DNA of 64,000 bases from the NCBI GenBank assembly GCA_964573135.1, contig CAZNIO010000001.1, forward strand, positions 28,612 to 92,611. The letters run 5' to 3'. Below the pieces are notes generated by a model. It saw nothing but the letters and a program-made list of their open reading frames with translations, searched no databases and was not told the origin of the DNA. The position numbers and the translations under genes are program-made. Source of the DNA: an uncultured Gammaproteobacteria bacterium (GTDB lineage Bacteria > Patescibacteriota > Patescibacteriia > UBA2196 > GWA2-42-15). The stretch's first letter is position 1. The number at the start of each line of letters is the position of its first letter. This document shows, in pieces, positions 1 through 10,453 of the stretch.

Positions 1-475
1 TTTTATCCTTAGCCACTCCCATCTCGCTTACCAACTCACCTGTGTGCTTACTATTCACCGTTACGTATTTGGCATTTTGCAAAATCTTTCTAGCTAATTT
101 TTTCTTTCTGCTCTTCTTCTGCGCCTGTAAAATATCCTTGCCATGACATGATACAATATATGGGATTTTAAAAAATTTTGATAAAAAATATATTACCGTG
201 CCTGTGGGCAAAACTTCACCTGCCCACAACACCTTAACCTTCTCATTTCTAATAACCTTGTATGCATAAAAAAATATTGGCAACCACCTGGGCCAAATCA
301 CTCTACTCAATATTTTTTTTCTGACCAACTTAAAATCAAACTTACTATCTCCCTCCGTCATGTTTGTCAAAACTACTACATCTTTACCCAAACCTTTACA
401 TAAATTTAAATAATAATTAGCCACCCCGCCAGTTTTAGGATAAAAATCTAATGTTATAAGTAGTATTTTTTTCAT
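1..475 (-). CDS. Glycosyltransferase family 4, N-terminal part (runs off window start)
   Basis: Manually translated from ATG at 475: MKKILLITLDFYPKTGGVANYY...IPYIVSCHGKD...VTVNSKHT, typical GT4 N-terminal motifs; not in ORF track. Confidence 0.85.
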   Translation of the reverse strand, partial: MKKILLITLDFYPKTGGVANYYLNLCKGLGKDVVVLTNMTEGDSKFDFKLVRKKILSRVIWPRWLPIFFYAYKVIRNEKVKVLWAGEVLPTGTVIYFLSKFFKIPYIVSCHGKDILQAQKKSRKKKLARKILQNAKYVTVNSKHTGELVSEMGVAKDK

Positions 476-481
476 ATATTT

Positions 482-1924
482 TTAACCCCTTATCACAGAA
501 TTCCATACATCTACCACATCCTGCTTGTTTATCCCGCGCAAAATCCACAACACCAAAAAGTATACTATCGCCCCAATCGGCACCAGCCACAAAAAATACA
601 TCTGTGGCAACAGATAATATATAACTCCAGCCATAACCAGGCTAGCTACAAGAATTTTACTAAAGCCTTTGACTAAATACCACCTGCTATAATCCACGAT
701 TTTTGGTACAAAATGCATACCCAAAAGAAACAAAACCACAGTACTGGCTAAAGACGCCACGGCCGCTCCCACATAGGTATACTGTGGAATTAAAATAATA
801 TTTAATACCACATTCACTAATACAGCAATCCCCATATTAATAGTATTAGTCACCTGCTTATTACACGCATTTAATAAATAACCCACCGGGAAGTTTATAA
901 ACAAAAAGAAAAGTCCTATCATTAAAATCCTTAAAGGCAATACTGAATTTAAATAACTATCTGTATAAATTGTCAAGATAGCCGGACGTGCCAACATTAT
1001 AATCCCTACAGAAATCGGCACGCTAATCGTCATTAAATAATGCATAGCTTTTTCAAAGGTAGCTCTTAACTTTTCTTTGTTTGATACAAAGTATTCACTC
1101 ATCGCCGGAAAGAGCGCTGCCATGAAGGCCATCGGTAAAAACTGCAAAGCCAAAGTAATTTTAACCGGAATACTATACCAACCCACATATGCATCCCCCG
1201 CCAAAGTGGACAGAAGCACTGTATCCAGTGTAGTATACACTCGGCTAAATATTCCCATTAAAGCAAAGGGCACGCCAATCCTAAATAATACTTTGAGCAC
1301 GCTTGGCTCATAGCGTGGCATAATGCTTAGCTTCAACTTCTTTTTAAGTACTATAATACTAAAAACAAAGCTAAATAAGCTGCCGCACAAAAGAGCAGCT
1401 ATTAAAAACTTTAGCCCTAGTCCTAAAAAAAGTACCAAACCGCCTAAAATAACTGTGATAAACTGCAAACCAACTACTCCCATACTCTCAAACTTCAACT
1501 GCTGGTGTCCACGCATCACCGCCCAAAAACTCAAAACAAAAGAATCTAAAAACATAATAATCCCAGAAATATATACCAACTGCCTGGTAATTGGCGGATA
1601 ACCCAAAATATTTATCATACCCACCACTAATAAGTAGACTACCAACGCCAAAGGAATCTTAAGAGCTAAAATATTTGATAAATATTTTTGCGTTTTCTCT
1701 TTTACCTTAGCTATTTCACGTGTTAAAACAGGCGATAAGCCAAGATCAATAAAAATAGCAAACAAAGTGGTAAAAGATAAAGCAAAAGTATACTTACCAG
1801 TATCTTCAACTCCCACAAAACGAGCTATCAGAGAAAAATATATAAATGCCAAAATCTTCTGCAATATTAACGCAGAAGTATAGTAAGTTGTATTGCGTGC
1901 TACAGAATCACGGTTTTGTCGCAT
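482..1924 (-). CDS. Oligosaccharide flippase (Wzx/MOP family)
   Basis: Many TM helices, 'IARFVGVEDTGKYTFA...DLGLSPVLTREIAK' motif; ATG at 1924 abuts the rfbB stop. Confidence 0.9.
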   Translation of the reverse strand: MRQNRDSVARNTTYYTSALILQKILAFIYFSLIARFVGVEDTGKYTFALSFTTLFAIFIDLGLSPVLTREIAKVKEKTQKYLSNILALKIPLALVVYLLVVGMINILGYPPITRQLVYISGIIMFLDSFVLSFWAVMRGHQQLKFESMGVVGLQFITVILGGLVLFLGLGLKFLIAALLCGSLFSFVFSIIVLKKKLKLSIMPRYEPSVLKVLFRIGVPFALMGIFSRVYTTLDTVLLSTLAGDAYVGWYSIPVKITLALQFLPMAFMAALFPAMSEYFVSNKEKLRATFEKAMHYLMTISVPISVGIIMLARPAILTIYTDSYLNSVLPLRILMIGLFFLFINFPVGYLLNACNKQVTNTINMGIAVLVNVVLNIILIPQYTYVGAAVASLASTVVLFLLGMHFVPKIVDYSRWYLVKGFSKILVASLVMAGVIYYLLPQMYFLWLVPIGAIVYFLVLWILRGINKQDVVDVWNSVIRG

Positions 1925-1926
1925 AT

Positions 1927-2886
1927 TTATTTCCACCAATTTATATTATCCTCGTACCACTTAACAGTCTTAATCAAATATTCATCTAAACCAAATTTTG
2001 GCATGTAACTCAGTTCATTTTTAATCTTGCACCAATCTACCGCGTACCTTCTATCATGCCCCGGTCTATCTTTAGCATATTCCATACAGCTTTCATCTTT
2101 GCCCAAAATTTTAATAATCTTTTTAACAATTTCTAAATTGTTCACATCTTCCGTCATACCTCCCACGCAATATGTCTCCCCTATCTTGCCTTTCTCTAAA
2201 ATCAAATCAATTGCCAGGCAATGATCATCTACATATAGCCAATCACGCACATGTAGCCCGTCCCCATAAATTTGAGCCTTTTTTCCTTCTAATATGTTGG
2301 TTATAACTCTGGGTATAAACTTCTCTCTATGCTGATATGGCCCATAATTATTTGCACAATTAGAAATCGTGATTGGCAATCCATATGTTTTAAAATATGC
2401 CCGCACTAAATGATCAGAGCCAGCTTTTGAAGCCGAGTAAGGAGAATTTGGTTTATACACGGTATTCTCATCAAATTTTTCTTTTGTATCTAAAGCTAGA
2501 GAACCAAATACCTCATCAGTTGATACATGCTGAAATCTCTTTACCTTATTCTTCAAAGCTGACTTTAATAATACATGCGTACCCACCACATTCGTTTGAA
2601 CAAATACATCTGGTCCTGCAATCGAATTATCTACATGACTTTCTGCTGCAAAATGTACCACACTATCAATTCCTTTCATAACCTTATCTACCAGCTTACT
2701 ATCACAAATATCTCCTTTAATAAATTCATAATTTTTATTACTCTCAATATCTTTTAAATTCTCCAGATTCCCTGCATAAGTTAATTTATCCAAATTCAAA
2801 ATCTGATCATCTGCATGATGCTTTAAGAGGTAACGGATAAAATTTGATCCAATAAACCCAGCTCCGCCAGTTACTAATATTTTCAT
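1927..2886 (-). CDS. rfbB: dTDP-glucose 4,6-dehydratase
   Basis: TGGAGFIGSNF, HFAAESHVD, STDEV, YSASK, RPGHDRRY motifs. Confidence 0.97.
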   Translation of the reverse strand: MKILVTGGAGFIGSNFIRYLLKHHADDQILNLDKLTYAGNLENLKDIESNKNYEFIKGDICDSKLVDKVMKGIDSVVHFAAESHVDNSIAGPDVFVQTNVVGTHVLLKSALKNKVKRFQHVSTDEVFGSLALDTKEKFDENTVYKPNSPYSASKAGSDHLVRAYFKTYGLPITISNCANNYGPYQHREKFIPRVITNILEGKKAQIYGDGLHVRDWLYVDDHCLAIDLILEKGKIGETYCVGGMTEDVNNLEIVKKIIKILGKDESCMEYAKDRPGHDRRYAVDWCKIKNELSYMPKFGLDEYLIKTVKWYEDNINWWK

Positions 2887-2892
2887 AAAAAT

Positions 2893-4152
2893 TTATGTTC
2901 CAATCTCCCAACTACTTAAATACTTCTTTTGCTCATTAGTTAATTTATCAATGGCTATTCCCATGCTTTTAAGTTTAAGCAATGCCACATTCTTATCAAT
3001 CCTCGCAGGCACATCATACACCTGCTTATCCATTTTCATATAATTTCCAACAATATGTTCTGCGCATAAGGCCTGATTAGCAAAACTCATATCCATCACA
3101 CTGGCTGGATGCCCCTCTGCTCCAGCTAAATTAATTAATCTGCCCTGCGCCAATAAATATATTTTTTTGTTATTTGATAAAACATATTCGTCAACCAACG
3201 GTTTTGCTTCTCTTTTGCTTTTGGCCATCTTGCTCAATGCAGCCACATTAATCTCTACATCAAAATGTCCTGAATTACATATAACTACCCCTGATTTCAT
3301 TAATTTAAAATGATGTTTATCAATCACATGAATATCCCCTGTTAGGGTAATAAATAAATCTCCTAAAGCAGCCGCCTTGGTCATGGACATTACCTGAAAT
3401 CCGTCCATTACCGCCTCAAGCGCCTTAACTTCATCAACTTCTGTCACAATTACCTTAGATCCCATCCCCCGCGCCTTCATGGCTACGCCACGCCCACACC
3501 AGCCGTATCCTGCTACCACAACATTTTTACCTGCTAATAGCATGTCAGTTAAACGTATAATACCATCCAAGGTACTCTGCCCCGTGCCATAGCGATTATC
3601 GAAAAAATGCTTTGTCATCGCATCATTAACTGCCACAATAGGATATTCGAGCTTGCCTTCTTCGGCCAAAGCCTTCAAACGAATAACACCCGTTGTCGTT
3701 TCCTCTGTACCACCAATTATCCGTGCCATATCCTTCTTTCTTTTAGAGTGTAATAGAGATACAATATCTGCCCCGTCATCCATGGTCACTTGTGGCTTAA
3801 AATCAATCGCCTGGTTTAGATGTTTATAATATGTCTTTCTGTCCTCTGCGTTTATAGCAAAAACCGAAATCCCAAAATCTTTAACTAACGACGCAGCCAC
3901 ATCATCTTGAGTAGATAAAGGGTTTGAGGCGCACAGCACAACTTCAGCTCCTCCAGCTTTTAAGGTGCGCATCAAATTAGCAGTTTCTGCTGTTACGTGT
4001 AAACAAGCTGCCATCTTTATTCCCTTCAACGGTTTTTTCTTAGTAAAATCATCCCTAATTCCCTGCAAAACTTCCATGTCTTTATCTGCCCATAAAATAC
4101 GCTTTTTGCCTTTAGCAGCTAACTTAATATTTTTCACATCATGTTTTATCAT
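2893..4152 (-). CDS. ahcY: Adenosylhomocysteinase
   Basis: CLHVTAETA, SNPLSTQD, DDGAD, EETTTG, FDNRYGTGQS, GYGWCGRG, GHPASVMDMSF. Confidence 0.97.
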   Translation of the reverse strand: MIKHDVKNIKLAAKGKKRILWADKDMEVLQGIRDDFTKKKPLKGIKMAACLHVTAETANLMRTLKAGGAEVVLCASNPLSTQDDVAASLVKDFGISVFAINAEDRKTYYKHLNQAIDFKPQVTMDDGADIVSLLHSKRKKDMARIIGGTEETTTGVIRLKALAEEGKLEYPIVAVNDAMTKHFFDNRYGTGQSTLDGIIRLTDMLLAGKNVVVAGYGWCGRGVAMKARGMGSKVIVTEVDEVKALEAVMDGFQVMSMTKAAALGDLFITLTGDIHVIDKHHFKLMKSGVVICNSGHFDVEINVAALSKMAKSKREAKPLVDEYVLSNNKKIYLLAQGRLINLAGAEGHPASVMDMSFANQALCAEHIVGNYMKMDKQVYDVPARIDKNVALLKLKSMGIAIDKLTNEQKKYLSSWEIGT

Positions 4153-4170
4153 AATTTTTTTTAAAAATAA

Positions 4171-4578
4171 TTAATTAATTTTATTACGAATTTTATTCGC
4201 CATTTCCGTTTGTTCCCCATCTTCATATTTCTTATTCGGCCAGCCAGACAAGCCATCGCCTTGATATCTTGGTATCACATGTATATGAGTATGAAATATT
4301 ATCTGGCCAGCAGCCTCTCCATTATTTAACCCAAAATTAATACCATCAGCATTAGTTTCCTCCTTGACTGCTATCGCAACTTTTTTAGCTATCACAAGTA
4401 GCTCTCGAGCTAGCTCATCAGGAGTTGCAATTAAATTCTCATAATGCTCTTTTGGAATAATCAAAGTATGACCTTTGTTCACCGGAGAAATATCAAGAAA
4501 AGCCAAAAATTTATCATCTTCATATATCTTATCTGATGGTAACTCTCCATTAATAATTTTACAAAATACACAATCCAT
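4171..4578 (-). CDS. HIT family hydrolase
   Basis: CVFCKI start, GHTLIIPK, HTHIHVIPR histidine triad. Confidence 0.95.
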   Translation of the reverse strand: MDCVFCKIINGELPSDKIYEDDKFLAFLDISPVNKGHTLIIPKEHYENLIATPDELARELLVIAKKVAIAVKEETNADGINFGLNNGEAAGQIIFHTHIHVIPRYQGDGLSGWPNKKYEDGEQTEMANKIRNKIN

Positions 4579-4599
4579 AAATTTAAATTTAACTTCTAA

Positions 4600-5079
4600 C
4601 TAATATTTATCCCAATTAAAATTAATTGATTTATCATTATATGCCATTCTCTCTTCGTCTGGATTCTCTTTATTATACACTTCAGTTGTATGGTAAAAAA
4701 GCAACACTGGCTCATCTGATATTACCTTATACCCATGCGCAACTCCAACCGGAATACTGATCAATTTATAATCCCCTTCCCCTGCTTCAATCACTTGGGT
4801 TTCCTTATATGTCTTCGAGCCCTCTCGCAAATCATGTAAAACCACAACCGCTTTGCCCGTAGCAAAAAACCAATGATCATCTTGTTTCTTATGATAATGG
4901 AATGCCTTGACTGTCCCTTTGTGAGCTATGGTAAAAATGGTTTGACCAAACTTTTCTAGCAATCCTTCATCAGATCGCAAAACCTCCATCAAAATACCCG
5001 GCTCTTTAACTATCTCTTCGCCTTCATTAAATACATCCTTGTGTACTTTTAATTCTTTAATTTTTACTCCATCTATCAT
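4600..5079 (-). CDS. dTDP-4-dehydrorhamnose 3,5-epimerase family (RmlC-like cupin)
   Basis: KAFHYH, DLREGSKTY, IPVGVAHGY. Confidence 0.85.
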   Translation of the reverse strand: MIDGVKIKELKVHKDVFNEGEEIVKEPGILMEVLRSDEGLLEKFGQTIFTIAHKGTVKAFHYHKKQDDHWFFATGKAVVVLHDLREGSKTYKETQVIEAGEGDYKLISIPVGVAHGYKVISDEPVLLFYHTTEVYNKENPDEERMAYNDKSINFNWDKY

Positions 5080-5082
5080 ATA

Positions 5083-5883
5083 TTATTCTTTGGTAAATAC
5101 AACATAATTTTTATCAATGCTCTCTTCATCTCCAAAATCACGTTCGGGATTTAATAGGGAGACACCTCTATATCCCTTCTCTAACGCTTGTTTTATGACC
5201 TCTCCATCATCCGGATCAATTAATACCTCCTTCTCCCCAAACTCTCCATTGAATTTCTGTATACTGCCACTTCTAACTTGTTCTGTCCAGTCAGCTGATT
5301 GGCTTTCCTGATCAAATTTTTTACGAAACCTATATGAATATTTAATCGCCTCGTCCGTCTCATCGTTCACTCCTTCAAGCACGTAATCATTCTTATTCAT
5401 GCGGAAACGCATACTTGCAGGATTATTACGATCAATGTCAGTTATAATCGAACTCTTACCAGCTTCTCTGGCTGCCCTCTCCTGTTCTTGCGCTAACCTC
5501 AAGGCAGTCTCGCCACTTCTTTTATCCTTTGCGATAAACGTTCCCGCTGCAAAAGCTTCATTATTTTGAATATCTTTTTCCATTGTCTCTGTGCCGCCTG
5601 GCGCATTCTCTAAAACCACCACGCTTGTGCCGATTAACTCTTCCCCCTCTTTGGCCGTAAAAACTTTCAACTGCCCATTCTCCATCTGGCCTTGCCGGAA
5701 TTTAGCCTGCCCATCAATAGTCCCCCCTTCGCGAAGTTTAGAAAAACTATTATCCACTTCAAACTTATAATACTCAGCGATATCGTTCAAATTTTCTGGA
5801 TCAATCTCGCTTATATTCACTTGTTTTTGTCCCTGCTCATGAATCTCATGACCGGGATCGCCATATGGATTATCAACATTCAT
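5083..5883 (-). CDS. Acidic hypothetical protein with GNAT-like acetyltransferase core
   Basis: VFTAKEGEELIGT..., FIAKDKRSG, 'N-PAS-R' motif B-like segment; start chosen at MNVDNP. Confidence 0.5.
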   Translation of the reverse strand: MNVDNPYGDPGHEIHEQGQKQVNISEIDPENLNDIAEYYKFEVDNSFSKLREGGTIDGQAKFRQGQMENGQLKVFTAKEGEELIGTSVVVLENAPGGTETMEKDIQNNEAFAAGTFIAKDKRSGETALRLAQEQERAAREAGKSSIITDIDRNNPASMRFRMNKNDYVLEGVNDETDEAIKYSYRFRKKFDQESQSADWTEQVRSGSIQKFNGEFGEKEVLIDPDDGEVIKQALEKGYRGVSLLNPERDFGDEESIDKNYVVFTKE

Positions 5884-6071
5884 ATATGCTTTTGAGCCTT
5901 TAAAATTGATGTTAACACACCAAAAATCATTATCCAAATTAAAAACAAATTAAGGTCGAAATAATTAGAAATCAGACCCTCTTTAAGTAATTCTAACACA
6001 AAATATACTATATATGTAATCAGGGAAATATATAGGATATCTGGTACCAATTTTTGAATAAATTTCTTCAT
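5880..6071 (-). CDS. Small two-TM membrane protein
   Basis: Two hydrophobic helices; overlaps neighbours by 4 nt (translational coupling). Confidence 0.7.
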   Translation of the reverse strand: MKKFIQKLVPDILYISLITYIVYFVLELLKEGLISNYFDLNLFLIWIMIFGVLTSILKAQKHI

Positions 6072-6646
6072 AATCTAAATAAACTTTTAAAACGCGTTAA
6101 AAAATTGTCCTTACTCAAAGGCTCTTTAATGAACTCAATTTCTATTCTATTAAATTCAATTTTCTCATTCATCTCATCTAACCCAGCAGATGAGATCAAA
6201 AATCTCATACGGCTATTATCCAGCCCAATATATGCCAAATCATATTCTGTTGTACCCATCATCCATCCATTATCCTCTTTTGTATATTCAATATCTTGCA
6301 ACAGCCATTTCCATTGGTTGTTATTAAACCTAGGGCCAATTTTAAATAAAACCTCTTCATTTTTCCTATACCACACCCTTAACTTAGCTTTTGAAAAACT
6401 CTGTGGTAAACGCACATCAAAATACACCGGATCAATCACCATTTCCTGGCTACATTCTCCCCTGTTCTTTTCTATCTCAAGCACTCTTCCCATCGGCGAA
6501 AACTTAGACACAAATGGATCTTCCTTGCAAAAATCATAATCCACTTTCAAAATTCCCTTAGGGCTAATATCTTTATAGACTAAACATCCTAGGGTTATAA
6601 TAGGGATTAAAATTAAAATTATTCGAATGTATTTATAATACTTCAT
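6068..6646 (-). CDS. Hypothetical protein with N-terminal membrane anchor
   Basis: 192-aa ORF coupled to upstream gene by 4-nt overlap. Confidence 0.7.
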   Translation of the reverse strand: MKYYKYIRIILILIPIITLGCLVYKDISPKGILKVDYDFCKEDPFVSKFSPMGRVLEIEKNRGECSQEMVIDPVYFDVRLPQSFSKAKLRVWYRKNEEVLFKIGPRFNNNQWKWLLQDIEYTKEDNGWMMGTTEYDLAYIGLDNSRMRFLISSAGLDEMNEKIEFNRIEIEFIKEPLSKDNFLTRFKSLFRL

Positions 6647-8286
6647 TTCAATTCAATAATATATATCCAATCACTTTTAAATACTTTCGCTCCTCGAACT
6701 ATCTTCATGCCCCTTGGCTCAAAATCTCTTTTAGATATAAAATCAACAATATCTTCCCCTGCAAAAGTATAGTAGTAGACATCCCGTAACTCCACCATGC
6801 GTCGTAAAGCCTCATAATCCTCGTCCACCGCTAACGCCGTAATTAATTTTTTCCTATCAGGAAAAAATATTTTATCAGCCTGCTTATACATCACAACCAC
6901 ATCCCCCTCTCGAGTAATCTCATTAACTAAATAAGACTTTGCTCTAGTCTCATCCAAATTACGCAATAGGAATAAACTTTCATCAGTTTTGCGTATAACT
7001 AAATTTAAGGTGGGCATACTTAATACCGCTATAAGCATGCCAGCCACTATCACCCTGTAAACCCCATAATATTTCAGTTTATCCCAAATCAATACCCTGC
7101 TTATCATATACACCAAGGTAGCTAAAAATGGCAGACACAACATATATATAGGTAAGAAGTAGCGTAAATACGAAGTGCCCAGAGATAAAGTATTTTGATC
7201 AATACGGTCAACTAGCCCCCAAGAACCATAGAATACTAATAAATATGCCATCAATACCAAGAAAAATGCAACATAAGTTATCCTTTTCTTATAATCAATT
7301 AAAATTAATTTTTTAGGTAATAAAATAAAAAGAAAGCCTCCAAGTATTGTCGGCAATGACCAATATGGCAAGAACTGATATAAATAATTAAAACCATTTA
7401 CTAAAATTGATTTTAAATCAAAACCAAACGGTGTAATTAAAATCCGAAATAATAACCCATTACTTATCATCTCCCCAACTCCACCTTCGGGAATTATCGC
7501 CCCATAACCAGCTGATATCACAGCACCATACAATATCTGATTACTGTACATCAACATTAAAGCTGGGATGTATAACCCACATAAAAACAAAATAAATCCA
7601 GGCCAATAAATTTTTTTAAAATTAAGAACAAACACGAAAAGAACGCTCAAGGCTAGCCATACAATTTCAGAAGTTCGAGTAACCACAGCCAGACCAATTA
7701 AAAACCCAGATAAGGCATAAACACCCAACTTAAACTTACCTCGATCCATCGCCCACAAAAGTAAATACACGCCAATTAAAAATAAACTTAAAAACAATAT
7801 ATTATGATACAGCCCTCGAGCGCTATAATATAGCCAAGGAGGTAGAAAAGATAACAGCACGGCAGAAATTAAAGCAATCTCCTTTCTCCCAAAAATTTGT
7901 TTTATTAATAAATAAAAAAAGATAATTCCCAAAACCCCAAATAAGGGAGTTAAATACGGAACTATCCATAAACCAAAAACTTTAGCTAAAAATCCATAAA
8001 TAAATATCATGCCCAAAAAACTACCTGGCACTATTTTACCCTCAACTGTGTTCAAACTACGTGCATGTACCAAGTTATTACCCACTCCATTTAATTCCTC
8101 AAAGTAATACAAACTTTCACCAGCAGCCATCCTCTCTATCCAAAAATAGTTGGCTGTTTCATCAGGCGAAGAAAACTTTGGATTGGGCTCTGCGCTAAGC
8201 AAATTAAAATTTGAGTAAATACAAAAAAAGACTACACAAAAAACTAACAAAAACAATATTTCTTTGTTTCTTTTAAGAAAATTCAT
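6643..8286 (-). CDS. GT-C superfamily membrane glycosyltransferase (PMT/ArnT-like)
   Basis: 'SPDETANY' DE motif after first TM, many TM helices, 'RYFLP' motif. Confidence 0.75.
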   Translation of the reverse strand: MNFLKRNKEILFLLVFCVVFFCIYSNFNLLSAEPNPKFSSPDETANYFWIERMAAGESLYYFEELNGVGNNLVHARSLNTVEGKIVPGSFLGMIFIYGFLAKVFGLWIVPYLTPLFGVLGIIFFYLLIKQIFGRKEIALISAVLLSFLPPWLYYSARGLYHNILFLSLFLIGVYLLLWAMDRGKFKLGVYALSGFLIGLAVVTRTSEIVWLALSVLFVFVLNFKKIYWPGFILFLCGLYIPALMLMYSNQILYGAVISAGYGAIIPEGGVGEMISNGLLFRILITPFGFDLKSILVNGFNYLYQFLPYWSLPTILGGFLFILLPKKLILIDYKKRITYVAFFLVLMAYLLVFYGSWGLVDRIDQNTLSLGTSYLRYFLPIYMLCLPFLATLVYMISRVLIWDKLKYYGVYRVIVAGMLIAVLSMPTLNLVIRKTDESLFLLRNLDETRAKSYLVNEITREGDVVVMYKQADKIFFPDRKKLITALAVDEDYEALRRMVELRDVYYYTFAGEDIVDFISKRDFEPRGMKIVRGAKVFKSDWIYIIELK

Positions 8287-8430
8287 ATAATCTTATCTTA
8301 CCAATTTTGGGGTAAAATTCAAGCCCACATAAATAAAAAATTGACACTATCACATAAATTTCATAAAATAAACTTAGTATTCACAAAAACTAATAATAAA
8401 TAAAAACTCACAAAATCAGGAGACGGAAAA

Positions 8431-9132
8431 ATGAGCACACATGTCAACGCACAACTAGGCGATATTGCCAAAACAGTATTACTACCAGGCGACCCACTGC
8501 GAGCAAAACACATAGCCGATACATTCTTATCACAAGTTGAACCCTATAACACTGTTCGAAACATGTTAGGGTTTACCGGCATTACGCCTCAAAAGGAAAA
8601 AATCTCAGTACAGGGGTCTGGTATGGGTATGCCATCCCTAGCTATTTACGTAAATGAACTAATAAACAATTTTGGTGTCAACCGAATAATACGGCTTGGC
8701 AGCTGTGGCGGATTACAGGAACACACCGAATTAAGAGACATAATCATAGCAGTAGGATCTTGCTCCGACTCTGCTATGAATAATAGAATCTTTTATAATA
8801 TGAGTTTTGCGCCAATTGCAGACTTTGAATTACTCTACAAAGCCAAGCAAGTCGCGCAAGAACTCAACATTCCCGTACAGTTTGGAAATGTTCTAGCGAC
8901 AGATAACTTTTACGATGACGCTGAGCCACCTGGCTGGAAAATTTTTAGCGAATACGGAGTTTTGGCAATCGAGATGGAAACTGCTATCCTATACACCATA
9001 GCAGCCAAGAAAAAAATTCAGGCGCTGACAATTTTGACTGTCAGCGATAAATTAGTAACAGGCGAACAGCTTGACGCACAAGACCGCCAAGAATCCTTCA
9101 ATCAAATGGTGGAGATAGCTTTAGGGCTTTAG
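8431..9132 (+). CDS. deoD: Purine-nucleoside phosphorylase (DeoD type)
   Basis: LLPGDPLRAK, GSGMGMPS, IRLGSCG, EMET, LTVSD; AGGAG SD upstream. Confidence 0.97.
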   Translation: MSTHVNAQLGDIAKTVLLPGDPLRAKHIADTFLSQVEPYNTVRNMLGFTGITPQKEKISVQGSGMGMPSLAIYVNELINNFGVNRIIRLGSCGGLQEHTELRDIIIAVGSCSDSAMNNRIFYNMSFAPIADFELLYKAKQVAQELNIPVQFGNVLATDNFYDDAEPPGWKIFSEYGVLAIEMETAILYTIAAKKKIQALTILTVSDKLVTGEQLDAQDRQESFNQMVEIALGL

Positions 9133-9156
9133 GAGTTTAAAAGCAAATAAAGCACG

Positions 9157-9194
9157 AAATGGCATTCAGCAAAGAATTCTGAATGCCATTTTTT
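9157..9194 (+). terminator. Intrinsic terminator of deoD
   Basis: aaatggcattcag...ctgaatgccattt inverted repeat followed by T run. Confidence 0.75.
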
Positions 9195-9230
9195 ATACAA
9201 AAATCCCTAAAAAAGTTAGGATGTAAAATC

Positions 9231-9256
9231 AAAAACCCGTCTATTTTAGACGGGTT
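9231..9256 (-). terminator. Intrinsic terminator of the ribosomal protein operon
   Basis: aacccgtcta-ttt-tagacgggtt hairpin with A run on + strand just past the rpsI stop. Confidence 0.75.
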
Positions 9257-9274
9257 GAAATAAATAATAAATAA

Positions 9275-9721
9275 TTAACGCTTAGACCACTGTGGGGCAC
9301 GTCTAGCTCGTTTTAATCCGGGTTTCTTTCTTTCTTTTGATCTTGGGTCTCTTGTCAAAAAGCCTTCTGCGCGCAAAACTTTTTTAAATCCTTCATCTGA
9401 TTTAAGCAATGCTCTTGAAATACCTAAGCGGCATGCCTCAGATTGTGATCTTTGCCCACTACCTACAACCTTAATCCACACATCAAAATTACCTTCTTTG
9501 CCAACTACTTTAAAAGGTTCTTCTAAATTTAACTGCCAAGTAAAATATGGAAAAAATTCCTTATAATCCCTATCATTAATAACCACTTGACCTGAACCTT
9601 TGGCATATATTCTAACTCTTGCAGAAGCAGTCTTTCTTCGACCCACTGCATAAATATATTTACCAGAAAACTTTACTGGCTTATCTTTAGATTCTTCTTT
9701 TTTAACTTTTTCTTCTGCCAT
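9275..9721 (-). CDS. rpsI: 30S ribosomal protein S9
   Basis: GRRKTASARV, LTRDPR-KERKKPGL-RARRAPQWSKR. Confidence 0.98.
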   Translation of the reverse strand: MAEEKVKKEESKDKPVKFSGKYIYAVGRRKTASARVRIYAKGSGQVVINDRDYKEFFPYFTWQLNLEEPFKVVGKEGNFDVWIKVVGSGQRSQSEACRLGISRALLKSDEGFKKVLRAEGFLTRDPRSKERKKPGLKRARRAPQWSKR

Positions 9722-9725
9722 ATAA

Positions 9726-10091
9726 TTATTTAATAGTTAATCTCTTCAACATATCATTACGCAACTTGTTGCCAGGCAACATGCCATAAACTGCTCTTCT
9801 CAGAACTTCAGCCATACCTTTTTGAGCCACTAAATCTTTCATTTTAGTTTCTTTCAATCCACCTGGATACATAGAATGACGGTAATACACCTTTTTATCC
9901 ATCTTATTACCAGTAATTTTCATCTTATCTACGTTTTCCACAACTACACTGTCGCCCTGATCTAGATATGGCGTAAAATTAACCTTATGTTTACCACGCA
10001 AAAGCTGGGCAATCTGACTTGCCAATCTGCCAGGCGCTTGATCGCTGGCATCCAATATATGTTCTTTTCTTTCTATATTCTTTTTAGTCAT
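9726..10091 (-). CDS. rplM: 50S ribosomal protein L13 (short C-terminus)
   Basis: GRLASQIA..LRGKHK, YYRHSMYPGGLK, GMLP. Confidence 0.97.
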   Translation of the reverse strand: MTKKNIERKEHILDASDQAPGRLASQIAQLLRGKHKVNFTPYLDQGDSVVVENVDKMKITGNKMDKKVYYRHSMYPGGLKETKMKDLVAQKGMAEVLRRAVYGMLPGNKLRNDMLKRLTIK

Positions 10092-10099
10092 AAAATTTA

Positions 10100-10450
10100 T
10101 TAAACAAATTCAATAGCACACATTCGAGCTCCATCTCCTTTACGCTCTCCAATTTTAATGATACGCAAATAACCGCCCTTTCTCTCCTTATACTTGGGGC
10201 CAATCACTTCTAGCATTTTATCCACTGCTCCTTTGGTCATCAAACGCTTCATTAATTCACGTCTAGAATGCAACGAATTAACCTTGGCTCGAGTTACAAG
10301 CTTTTCTACTTTAGGTCTTAAAAATTTAGCTTTAGCTTCAGTTGTTTTAATTTTCTCATGTAATACTAAAGACGTAGCTAAATTTTTAACTAAAGCCTTT
10401 CTTTGCTTATAATTCCTATCTAATGTTTTTTTAGTACTTCTGTGTCGCAT
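10100..10450 (-). CDS. rplQ: 50S ribosomal protein L17
   Basis: MRHR, IKTTEAKAK, R.GGYLRIIK, RKGDGA. Confidence 0.98.
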   Translation of the reverse strand: MRHRSTKKTLDRNYKQRKALVKNLATSLVLHEKIKTTEAKAKFLRPKVEKLVTRAKVNSLHSRRELMKRLMTKGAVDKMLEVIGPKYKERKGGYLRIIKIGERKGDGARMCAIEFV

Positions 10451-10453
10451 AAA

